DNA of 64,000 bases. Origin: Pristiophorus japonicus. Lineage: Eukaryota. The stretch covers positions 220,472,001 through 220,536,000 of the forward strand of contig NC_091977.1 in assembly GCF_044704955.1 (NCBI RefSeq). Reading direction: 5' to 3'. The notes below the pieces were generated by a model, which saw nothing but the letters and a program-made list of their open reading frames with translations, was not told the origin of the DNA and did not search any database. This document shows positions 1-11,732 of the stretch, piece by piece (position 1 is the first letter of the stretch; each line of letters starts with the position of its first letter). Made by a program: the position numbers and the translations under genes.

Positions 1-533
1 ACAAGGACCCCCAGGTCCCTCTGCACCGCAGCATGTTGTAATTTCTCCCCATTCAAATAATATTCCCTTTTACTGTTTTTTTCCAAGGTGGATGACCTCA
101 CACTTTCCGACATTGTATTCCATCTGCCAAACCTTAGCCCATTCGCTTAACCTATCTAAATCTCTTTGCAGCCTCTCTGTGTCCTCTACACAACCCGCTT
201 TCTCACTAATCTTTGTGTCATCTGTAAATTTTGTTACACTACACTCTGTCCCCTCTTCCAGGTCATCTATGTATATTGTAAACAGTTGTGGTCCCAGCAC
301 CGATCTCTGTGGCACACCACTAACCACCGATTTCCAACCCGAAAAGGACCCATTTATCCCGACTCTCTGCTTTCTGCCAGCTAGCCAATTCTCTATCCAT
401 GCTAATACATTTCCTCTGACTCCGCGAACCTTTATCTTCTGCAGTAACCTTTTGTGTGGCACCTTATCGAATGCCTTTTGGAAATCTAAATACACCACAT
501 CCATTGGTACACCTCTATCCACCATGCTCGTTA
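1..533 (-). mobile_element. CR1 LINE, 5'-truncated ORF2 reverse transcriptase fragment (runs off the left window edge)
   Basis: ORF 70..567 has CR1 RT motifs DVVYLDFQKAFDKVPH, SGVPQ.SVLGPQLF and KF(T)DDTK; closely similar to the other CR1 copies in the window. Confidence 0.93.
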
Positions 534-540
534 TACCGTC

Positions 541-1933
541 ACTACCTGCACTGGTAGATGCAAGCACTGACTACCACTATCTACACTGGTTGATGCAAGC
601 ACTGACTACCACTATCTACACTGGTAGATGCAAGCACTGACTATGACTACCTACACTGGTCGATGCAAGCACTGACTATCACTACTTACACTGGTAGATG
701 CAAGCACTGACTATGACTACCTACACTGGTCGATGCAAGCACTGACTATCAGTATCTACACTGGTTGATGCAAGCACCGACTATCACTACTTACACTGGT
801 AGATGCAAGCACTGATTATCACTATCTACACTGGTAGATGCAAGCACTGACTATCACTACTTACACTGGTAGATGCAAGCACTGACTATCACTACTTACA
901 CTGGTCGATGCAAGCACTGACTATCACTATCTACACTAGTAGATGCAAGCACTGACTATCACCAACTACACTGGTAGATGCAAGCACTGACTATCACTAT
1001 CTACACTGGTAGATGCAAGCACTGACTATCAGTATCTACACTGGTTGATGCAAGCACCGACTATCATGACTTACACTGGTAGATGCAAGCACTGACTATC
1101 ACTACTTACACTGGTTGATGCAAGCACCGACTATCACTACTTACACTGGTCGATGCAAGCACTGACTATCACTACTTACACTGGTAGATGCAAGCACCGA
1201 CTACCACTATCTACACTGGTAAATGCAAGCACTGACTATCACTAACTACACTGGTAGATGCAAGCACTGACTATCACTAACTACACTGGTAGATGCAAGC
1301 ACTGACTATCACTAACTACACTGGTAGATGCAAGCACCGACTACCACTACCTACACTGGTAGATGCAAGCACTGACTATCACCACCTACACTGGTAGATG
1401 CAAGCATTGACTATCACTACTTACACTGGTCGATGCAAGCACTGACTATCACTACTTACACTGGTAGATGCAAGCACTGACTATCACTACCTACACTGGT
1501 TGATGCAAGCACCGACTATCACTACTTACACTGGTAGATGCAAGCACTGACTATCACTACCTACACTGGTTGATGTAAGCACTGACTACCACTACTTACA
1601 CTGGTCGATGCAAGCACTGACTATCACTACCTACACTGGTTGATGCAAGCACTGACTATCACTACTTACACTGGTCGATGCAAGCACTGACTATCACTAC
1701 CTACACTGGTTGATGCAAGCACTGACTACCATTACTTACACTGGTAGATGCAAGCACTGACTCTCACTACCTACACTGGTAGATGCAAGCACTGACTACC
1801 ACTACTTACACTGGTAGATGCAAGCACTGACTATCACTACCTACATTGGTAGATGCAAGCACTGACTATCACTACCTACACTGGTAGATGCAAGCACTGA
1901 CTATCACTACCTACACTGGTAGATGCAAGCACT
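541..1933. repeat. 35-bp tandem minisatellite, about 40 copies (CTACACTGGTAGATGCAAGCACTGACTATCACTAC)
   Basis: Direct 35-bp periodicity (e.g. CTACACTGGT at 581 and 616), with only point variants and no spacers. Confidence 0.97.
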
Positions 1934-2249
1934 AAGAGGAGACGAGGCAATTTCCCAGAGGGAAGTGAATGTGGGGGTGGAAAACCAGAGATTGCAAGTT
2001 ACCCATGCCTACTTTCAAACATCTGCTGGCAGTGAGCATTGCTAAAGGTTTGAGAACAGAATCTCGAGCTAGCCTGCGAGCCGGGAAGCGGGGAGTAAAT
2101 TAAATAACCGAAAAACAGAAGTTAGATAAAATAAATAAATAAATGTGTATGTTCAAAACTTGTGAACTATGTGTCCTTAAGTATTTTGTTCACTAGAAGA
2201 ATTGAAAGGATTGTGCCTTCAGATCAGAAAATCTGACTGGAGTTCAAAG

Positions 2250-2495
2250 ACCACAAGAAATAGTAGCAGGAGTATTCCATATGGCCCTTTGAGCCTGCTC
2301 TGCCATTCCATAGTACCATGGCTGATCTTCTGCATCAACTCCACTTTCCCATCTTATCCCCATATCCCTTGATTTCCTCAGTGCCCAAAAATCTATCGAT
2401 CTCAGTCTTGTACGATTGACCATGCACAGACCTTTGGGGTAGAGAATTCCAAAGATTCACAACCCTCTGAGTGAAGAAATTCCTCATCATCTTTG
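2250..2495 (-). mobile_element. Old CR1 3'-end fragment
   Basis: Resembles the CR1 3' UTR/ORF2 end seen at 23285-23560 (GGCCCTTTGAGCCTGC, ATGGCTGATC, GGTAGAGAATTCCA..TTCACAACCCTCTGAGTGAAGAA). Confidence 0.8.
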
Positions 2496-3974
2496 GTTCC
2501 TTTGGTCGCCATGTACAGCGACATCTTAAAGATGCTGATGAAGGTTTCTTTCTTTGCTATTTTTAGTGAGATTGTTCGAAAGGTCTTTAAATGATCCACT
2601 GCCCACCACACGTCGCTGGTGTCTGTGCAGCAGATGGCGCTGCGCTGTACCTGGTTCTTTAGTGACCTCGCCGAGCCTGCTTTCCCCACAGCTGTCCGCA
2701 GGTAGATGTGAAGTTGTCCGCATGATACAATGTGGTTGTGGTGCCTCTGAACAACCATCCAACGTTATGGGTAGTCATGCATGCATCCTTAGTGGTGTCA
2801 TTGGGCCTAGTTTTGGGAGTAGTAGTCTCCACATGATCTAATCTGCCACAGCGAGATCTGGTCATGTCTGTTTACAGATACAGGTGTACAGATCTGGCTA
2901 GATGGGCACAAAGCACCTCTTGCTCAACCTCACCTACCTGCAGTCTCCACTGGTCTTCCTTTTCATACAGATATTACTGTAAGGGAATTCCCATTGGGAA
3001 GCCCGTTGGTCCCAGTCATGGTGCTGGCAGCAAAAAAAAAAATTACACCCAGTTGGCATAAATTTCATGACAACCAACACAAAATAAAACCAATGAAGAA
3101 AAACAGAAATGGTATTAAAATTGTTGAATGAATCTTTTCACAAGGCCCTTTAAACATACTGCTGTATAGAGCTCCACACCTTACAAATAGAGGATTCAAA
3201 CAGCGTAATTATGGCACTTCTGTGTCATTATTATATTTAAATTTGATTGGTGGGTGTTCCTGACCCCAGTGACCCAGGATGCTGTTGCTGCACATTATTC
3301 TGCCATGGTACCGTGCAGTTATACCTCATTAACTAGGTAGCAAAGGGCGATAATGATATGACAATCAGCCCCACTGTGTCTAACCGTAATCACCTTTTTT
3401 AAATATAAAGTAAACCATTTAAAAAAAAATCTGTGACATTTAATTTTCCAAAAGATTCTGCTGTAGCCCTGGCAGGTGTAGTGCGCTATTAATTCAGAGT
3501 GAGTTATTAAAGAACCCTGTGTCATTGTCCGGCTGCACTGCAGCAGCCAGGATCTTTTCAATTGAAATGACACCGGCTGTATAACAAGTACATCCATCCT
3601 CGACAACGCTCTCAACACAACACTCACTTCTGTCTCTTTCTTTTTCTTAGAGTGCAAGATTAGCTTTAAAGTCGCGGTGCCCTGTGATTAGAATTTTGTC
3701 CTTGTGGCAGCTGAAGAAACCTTATTCTTTATGACTCATGTTTTGTTGCAACATCTTTTTAAGATTTTCTTGTTCCCCAAGAGTATCAGTATTAGTAAGA
3801 GGACTGTTGCATAGTTACAGAAATGACCTTTGCTCTTTGACCCTTAGTTCTCAACTCAATGACTGCCAAGAACTGGGGTGAAAAAAGCAGAGGTCTGAAC
3901 TGGGAGTACTTGCATTCTGTTTGGTATTGATCTGCGCAGTGTTAAAAAGCTGGTGTCCAAGGGGGTTAGATACA

Positions 3975-4290
3975 CCATGTCACGCAAAGCAGCGAAGGTC
4001 CATTGTTTGACCCCTGGTCTGTGTTGAGATAGACGATCTCAGGGAGGTCAGTAGTAGGGTCATGACCGTTAAACTCAGTGTTGCTGGACTAGGGAGGGCA
4101 AAAATCACCGAGGATGGCTGCTCTCCCCCTATCCGGTGGCCCCAGAGGATTATACCACACGCACTGGATGTCGGGTGAGAATGTGATGATTGTGTTTTTG
4201 GGGACTGCTGCCCCTCATGACGGAATAGTCTGCTGATTCTCACTGTCCAGGGTCACACAGAAAGTAATGAGAGTGTGTAGCAGACACCCC
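3975..4290 (+). mobile_element. Degraded tRNA-derived SINE-like repeat (family uncertain)
   Basis: Degenerate B-box-like head (GGTCCATTGTTTGACCCCTGGTCTGTGTTGAG) followed by a GC-richer body; recognised only by resemblance. Confidence 0.35.
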
Positions 4291-5806
4291 TGGAGTTTGG
4301 CTGCTTTAGTTTCTACCTGTATGGTAATAATACAGCATTGTGACTTTAAGTGACAGACGAGAATTGAAGAGGAGTTTGTGGAGAACAGTCTTCTGTGTTT
4401 ACCAGGAGCTGAGAACTCTGAAGTGTCGCTTTAGATTTAACCTTTATTTTTCTGTTGGTGGGAAGGCGAAAAGCACGTATCTCTTTCGTAAACTTCTGGA
4501 ACATTATCTTACAATTAACCTGGGCTTTCTGAATCTTGTCCATTTTTCACAGTAGCCTCTAATAGCTTCTGCTGCTAATCCTTTCCCAGTGCTTTTTGTA
4601 TTCATAGTTGAGAGCCCCTAGCAAGAATACTTTTTGTGAGTGGAGATGTTTTTTGTGCATCAAAGAGAGTGAGAGAGAGAGAGGAAGGGCATTTTCTGTT
4701 TTACATGCTGTTAACGCTGGACTGGAGACGGGAGCCTGTAATCACAGATGTACAAGCAAATGGGCCATTTGTACCTGCGAGCATCAAATGGATGGTCCCA
4801 GCTTTAATCGCACGAGTTCACAAGCAGCAGGCTGATTTAGATGTACCTGAACCACTGGAGACACAAGGCCCTGCTGTAGCTTTGCATGACTTTTCACTTA
4901 AAACCACCATTTACACTTCACTGGGTCTATCATCCATTTTTTTTGTCCCTGTGTTTTGTTCTTACAACTGGGTTTCTTCTCCCTCCACGGTATATTTATT
5001 ACGCTGCTACTTGATTAAAGGGGAACATTTGCTTCATAGGACTTCTGCTTTTATTTTTTAAATAACACACACCACATTTACATAATTGTTAGGCTTGAAG
5101 GAAATGGTCCATAAACTGAGGGCCAACCTTGCGTGGAATTACATAGGGTTCGGTTGCCTAGCGCCTCAGTTAGCGACCAGAAGGGGCTAACTGGGGTGTG
5201 AAACACTAGTGCCTGGCTGCTGCCTATCAGTCCGATAATGGCGTGTGTCGGCTGCAACAACCGCACTACCGCCCTGCTCGCTAAGTTTGGTCCAGCTGTC
5301 TCATTTAGCGACAGCCACTAATCACGTCTGAAAAAACAGTTGGTATAGCTTTCCACAGTCGTTAACTGGTGGCTACTTAAAGGGACGAGGAAGCGCTTCC
5401 CTCGGAGATCACAGTCAGTGCAACGTTTGCACAGAGCACGGTGCGTGAGCCTCTGAGTTTTCAGCGACAGTCAGACATAACAGTACAGGTTAAAAACAAG
5501 TGATTTTGAAAACTTTAATGGGTGCATTACTATGCCGCGCCTTTAAGACTCTGCTTCTCCCGGGACTTCAAATCGGACTTCGGAGCATGCGCAATGGATT
5601 CCAGAATTTAACGCAAGCATTTTCGTTAGCGTCCCTCCCCCCCCACAGGTCAAGTGTGTAACCACTGATTTCGTGCCCCTGTCAGCTCTTGGCCCGATTC
5701 CAACAAATTTCTCGGTGGGAGGCGCAAACTTTTTCAAGGCGCTATACTTACCGCTCCGCCTGGATTAACGCCTCATAATGGGTGGTAACAAATTTCCACC
5801 CCAAAG

Positions 5807-6085
5807 AATTTTACAGCATAGAAACAGGCCATTTGGCCTAACTGGTCCATGCAGGTGTTTATGCTCCATACGAGCATCCTCCCACCTTACTTCATCTCGC
5901 CCGATCAGCGTATCTATTTTCCTTTCTCCCTCGTGTTTATCTAGCTTCCATTTAAATGCATCCATGCTATTCGCCTCAACCACTACCTGTGGTAGCGAGT
6001 TCCACATTCTAACCACTTTCTGGGTGAGGAAATTTTTCCTGGATTCCCTACTGGATATATTAGTGACTATTTTATAATTATCTTC
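5807..6085 (-). mobile_element. Old CR1 3'-end fragment
   Basis: Translation VVRMWNSLPQVVVEANSMDAFKWKLD (CR1 ORF2 C-terminus) plus 3' UTR AGGCCATTTGGCC. Confidence 0.85.
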
Positions 6086-6534
6086 TCTGTTTGCTCTGCT
6101 CCAAAAGGTCAGTGTTCCTCCTCACCTGCCCAGCACGTGGGCAGAGGAACAGCCTGGGAATCAGGGAGGATATTGCGCTTCCCATCAACTGCTAATAGGC
6201 CCAAACTCCGTTCACAAATAAGAAGGTAAAAGAAAAAATGCCCATCCCCTAATTACAGCACGGTACTGACAGCATATTCTGGATATCATTGCAGTTAGCG
6301 AATGCCAGCACACTGCAGCAAGCAAATCCACCAATATTTTGTGTTCTCTCACCTTCTGGAACATCTGTTTCATGCATTTTCTTTTGTCAATCCAAGCTAA
6401 TGTGATCTACTGCCAGATTGTGATGTTGAACTGCATTAATCACACTCCAAATCAGCTCATGCACACAGTTTTAAAATGCTTCATTCCTGTTTCCCTCAGT
6501 TTTATTCGCTTAATAATTGACCTGAAAATACTGA

Positions 6535-6760
6535 TGTGTGTATGTGTGTACGTGTGTCTCTGCATGTGCGTCTGCATTTGTGTGTGTGTGTATGTGTATA
6601 TGTATATGTGTTTGTATGTGTGTCTGCATGCTCATCGGTGTGTGTGTGTGTGTGTGTGTGTGTCTGCGTGCGCATCTGTGTTTGTGTGCCTGTGTCTGAG
6701 TGTGGCGTGTTTGTATGTGTGTGCGTGTGCGTATGTGTGTGCACGTGTGTTTGTGTGTCT
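6535..6760. repeat. Degenerate (TG)n microsatellite
   Basis: TG/CA dinucleotide runs; source of the spurious CV/HT-rich ORFs. Confidence 0.95.
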
Positions 6761-9284
6761 CACTGATATATCGTGATCTCTGATAAAAGCATGCATTGTT
6801 AATGGATCCCTCTCCATAGAGAAATCATGTAAATACTATCTTCACAACATATCCCTTTCCATAGCTTACTCTGATAGGATGAAACATGTACTTATCTAGC
6901 TTCGCCTTAAATGCATCTACACTATTCACCTCAACCATTCCCTGTGGTAGCGAGTTCCACATTTTCACCACTCTCTGGGAAATAAGTTTTTTCTGAATTC
7001 CATATTTGATTTCTTGGATTCCATATTTGATTTCTTGGTGACTATCTTACATTGATGGCCTTTAGTTTTGCTCTTGGACTGGTTGAGCCAATGGCTTGTT
7101 TCTGTGCTGTATATTCCATGTTATTCTATGTAATGTCGGTAGAGGCTTTTAATCACCATTCTCACTGAGGATGTATTTTCCTCTACCACTCCTACTGGCA
7201 CAGGGGAAGGTTGTAAGTACATTTAAAGGGCTGGAGACAATGAAAGGGAAGAGCCAACATTTCAGAAAGCTTCTGGCATCAATAAAACCCATCTCAACTT
7301 ATCAGAAGCCTTTGCCAAGGCTGCTGGGGCAGGATATTAAGAGGTGATTTGGCCAGGATTATGGGAAAGGAAAGCTTGGCTAGGCATGACTTTGTGGACA
7401 GGTGACCTCTCAGCCTAGCAGTTGGCCTCCTCCTTATGAGGGTTCCTGAAGTTGAAGTGCTGCTGCATGAGATACCTGTGAGGCGAGTTGCCCTGTACAC
7501 CACTCCCACACCACCATCCCATAGTTCAACATCCCCACATGCCGGTAAGGAGCTGGAGTCAAGTTCCAGGCACCAGCTGACCATTACCGTCCCTACACTG
7601 TGTGGTTATCGCAGGTGTTCCTACAGCAGGTTCCCAGGGTTACTGCCAGCTGGGTTCCCCAAGGTCTGCACAAATAGTTGGTGGCATCTTGGCATGAGTG
7701 GCCTACCAACAGAGCCATCTCCTGATCGCTCTGGCACACGTTAGTTCCCAAGTTGGCCTGGAGTTTTTAATCTGGTTTTTCACCTCTTCCAGGAGTTAAC
7801 ACAGTCTCAGCAGGGATGGGGAGTCTATATATCGCGATGCACAAGGTACCACAATTGTGTGGGACAATCTGGATGGACCAGAGAGTCTTTTCCTGTTGGT
7901 CATTGTTCCGATATTTGTGTATCATACCATGTAAAACACAACATGCTGAAAGTGCTTCTCAAGGACCTTCATTGCATAGTGACACTGGTGAAATCTCCCT
8001 GGGGAAGCGGAGCCTCGACAACACAAACATCTGCCAATGCGAGGCTACTGTTCTCTCCAGATGTTGTGGGGGTGGTGGTATGGGTGCCAGCAGGAGGGCA
8101 CCCAGCCCCTCTCCAATAGCTTGACTGCCTGGCCATCTCACTGCCTCTGAGCATATCAGCTTCGACGATCGCTTGTGGCAAAGTCTCTGATGCCAATAAA
8201 GGGAGCGCAGGGCAAAAACATTTTTTTTTAAATTAATCGCAACTGGCAGAAAGACTCTTGAAAACCAAAATGCCACCTGAACAAAAATAAATAAAATAAA
8301 AATACAAGCAGTGCCTTTAACTCTGGTGTGGTTTGTAAATTCTGTTGCGGTTTTTGGATGGCTGGTTACTGTAAGACTTGCAAAGGGGTTTTATTAACAC
8401 TACAATATCCTGCTTCATGCTTTAAAAAAAAAGAATGAAAATCTCTCAAGATACCATAAATCATAACACAAGAAAGTATCGGATAATAGTATCCTATCGA
8501 GTCTGTACCTTGCTCAAGCTTCATGGGCTCCCCTCTACCAATTCTATCTCCTGCAAGTTCTGCATAAAAATTCTCTCCGATCCCCTAAATTTGTCGAATA
8601 AAGCTCCAGACTATTCATCAATCCTCACAACTTAACTATTGAACCAGGTCCTAGCATCCCCAGGTAACACTCCCATCTCCCCTGGCCCCAGCAGCACATG
8701 AATTATCAGATCCCAGTGGAATATTTTATCATCTCAGTCTATATCTATCAACATAACTTCCAATCCTATTCCCAGCCAGATGGTTATCCAACTCCGTTTT
8801 AAAGGAGTTAATTGACACGACGTCAGTTGCATTTACTGGGACTCTATTCTACAATATCTACTATTCTGCGGGAAGTACAATTCTAACTTCACGTCTCAGT
8901 TGATGTTTACAGAAGGATATATGGAAAGTCATGGAAAAAAACAAGCCCATTGGTCCACTCGCGCTCACTTCTCTAGCACCCTGACATTCCCGTTGTACAC
9001 TCAAACTGTACTTTGAAAGTCTCTAATAATTTTACCTTTACTATTCTACCCCGCAGATTATTACAAATATAGAACACTCTGAGTGAATAAATTCCTGTTA
9101 ATATCTGTCTTTAAATGTACTTTTCACAAACCTAATGCATGTCCTCTGATTTACTTTCCTAGAATTTTGGGCTGACCAAATCTACAGTTTTATAATCCTC
9201 GGTGCAGTGTCCCCTTTAACTATTTTCTGTCTCGGCTTGTTCATTTTAAATCAGTATTTTGTAGTTCTATGAATCCAACACCAC

Positions 9285-9455
9285 AAAACTCAGATATCTG
9301 TTCATTATCACATTGCTGTTTTGGGAGCTTGCTGTGCACAAATTGGCTACTGTGTTTCCTACATTACAACAATGACTACACTTCAAAAGCTGTAAAGTGC
9401 TTTGGGACAACCTGAGGTTGTGAAAGACACGATAGAAATGCAAGTTCTTTCTTTC
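9285..9455 (+). mobile_element. DeuSINE (SacSINE1-like) 3' half
   Basis: Deu-domain-like TCATTATCACATTGCTGTTTTGGGAGCTTGCTGTGCACAAATTGGCT and tail GTAAAGTGCTTTGGGAC..AAATGCAAGTTCTTTCTTT. Confidence 0.8.
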
Positions 9456-10349
9456 TATGCTCACACTGCAAGTCAAATTGCTTGCTTATACCTAGCTCAT
9501 CTACATTCTATTGACATCTGTGCAAGATCAATGTAGATATAATTTGTAATTAAAAGCATAGTCGTGAAATGTCAATCTCCCATCCCCCCAAAATTAAGGA
9601 GTGTCTTTAAAACCCGTGCAAGATACAGACGGATTGATTTATGTGAACCTTTGACTTTTGAATTGCATAAGGGCTCCGTTGCACTCACACACACTGCTGG
9701 TTTTGTTAGTCCTCATTATCTCTGCAGAGATTTGCAAATCTGGCATCTATTTGTGAAATAAGCAACACTTTAAGTATTGCAAGTCTCTCAAAAGAGCTAT
9801 TGGATTCACTGTGTCCGTGTGATGCGATTTCAGAGTTTTGGCGCTGGTGGCATTTCATCAAAGCGTTCCGCACTTTTGTGACGCGCTCCCCAAAGGGCAG
9901 TTTGTGTTTCAGGTGATTCATGCTCTTCACACACAAGTCAAGAACTTTCCATTTTCACAAATTTATTTATTCTGCAATCTAATACTGTGCGTAGCAGACC
10001 TGAACCCGGAACCATTTTCTTTCTGGGGTAGTTTGATTCTCTGTCGTGTTTCTGTTCATTGAGCTGAGGGAAATCAATACTGAGAAATGAATTATTTCCA
10101 CTGCGAGGTCAATTATAACACTCCCCAATGCAGAATAAAGCTCCTGTTACTCTGTCTCAAAAAGACACTTTAGCCCCAACCAAACCCTTCTGCATCAGTG
10201 TGATACCCACTACCCCACTTTCTTCCATTAGCCATCTTTATCTGGACAGTGAGATTCCTAATATAGAGCCAGATTAAAACCAGTTTATGCTTCAGACTCA
10301 CATTCACTAAGAACTGAGTTGAGACTGACCAATCTCATTTCATATCTAA

Positions 10350-10765
10350 AGAAAGACTTGCATTTTTATCGCCCCTTTCATAGCCTCAGAGCATCCCAAA
10401 GCACCTTACAGCCAATGAAATATTTTTGAAGTGTAGATACTATCGAAATATAGGAAATGCGGCAACCAATTGGGCATTGCAAGCTCCCACAAACAGTAAT
10501 GTGATAAATGACCAGCTCATGTTGAGGGATGTTCGTTGAGAAATAAATATTGGCCAGGACACTGGCGAGAAACTCCTATGCCCTTCCTCAAATGGTGATG
10601 TGGAGTTTTATTCATCTACCTGAGAGGGAAGACGGGGCCTCAGTTTAACGTTACATCCGAAAGACAGCCCCTCTGACAGTGCAGCGCTCTCTCAGTACTG
10701 CCCCTCTGACAGTGCAGCACTCCCTCAGTACTGCCCCTCCAATGGTGCAGCACTCCCCTGGAGTG
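10350..10765 (-). mobile_element. DeuSINE (SacSINE1-like) with an internal 33-bp triplication
   Basis: Reverse complement of the SINE at 16780-17155; 33-bp unit CCCCTCTGACAGTGCAGCACTCCCTCAGTACTG repeated about 3 times at 10668-10757. Confidence 0.85.
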
Positions 10766-11478
10766 TATTCATATATATATATCTACAGATATAGATAGAT
10801 ACATACTCTACAGGCAGCACAAACAGAAGGAGCAAGAGGCAGGGAAAGGATTTCTATCTTCCAGCAAAAGATTTCTATGCTCGGTCCCCTATTTTACAGT
10901 TTTGCCACTAAAAGTCCAAGCTGATCTACATTAATCTGCACATTACTTCCTAACTGCAGAATTGACCTTTAATACCTTTAACGCCTAAGGCCAAGATAAT
11001 ATTTATTGTGCATCAGTTAAACTAATTTCATGAGACTAAAACCCATGACTGTCCTGACAAACATCCTCAAGAAAACAACCATTATCCTGCTCATGTGGCC
11101 TGAGATCAAAATAGTTTCTTTCTTCAATGGGGCTATTTTAACTGTCCCTGCATGAACGTTCAGTGTTATGTTACTTACAGTCTGTTATTGCTTCATTCTG
11201 CCTCTAATCTCAGCCTCTGTATCCCACCCTAGTGTGTGATCGACACACCCTCTCCTGCACCTTCAATGGCTTCATGCTGGGACGACGAACACCACTTCAG
11301 TAAATCCTGACTTTGCATTTGGAGTCCAAGAGTTCAAAATTGTGAATCTACAAATTTGAAGGAAATGGAAAGACTTGCATTTATCTTGTGTTTCTCCAGG
11401 AGGCAGAGATTGGTGTGTGTTGCGCCTCTTTTCTAGGTGTAAAACAGGTGCAAAACAGAACAATTTAGCAGTGGAAAT

Positions 11479-11691
11479 TGTTATGTTCAGAATAACTCCA
11501 CGAGACTGTATATTGTAAGCTCAAACTGTTGTGACCTTGGTCTCTTTAATGTAACTCCAGAGTGAGGAAGCAGCATGGGAGACTGCCTTTTATACCTGCT
11601 TGCCCAGGGTGTGCAGGTGACCATTGGGTCTTCCACAGGTCCGACCCCTGGTGGCAAGTCTTACACATTGGTAATGTTTACATACATAACA
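11479..11691 (-). repeat. 3' LTR of G1
   Basis: Direct repeat of 15822-16034 with about 8 substitutions by manual count; TATAAAA and ATTAAA on the minus strand. Confidence 0.95.
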
Positions 11692-11732
11692 AAATTTCGA
11701 CCCCCCCCCCCCCCAAAGTCTTAGATACAAGT

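Noticed and set aside
541-1933. CRISPR-like array (35-bp repeat length)
   Set aside because: Units are contiguous with no unique spacers, there are no cas genes, and the context is eukaryotic
5130-5803. Harbinger-like MITE ending in AAATTTCCACCCC
   Set aside because: CpG-rich and probably transposon-derived, but I could not find a convincing left TIR
6339-6817. Cys/Val- and His/Thr-rich ORFs
   Set aside because: Translations of a TG microsatellite
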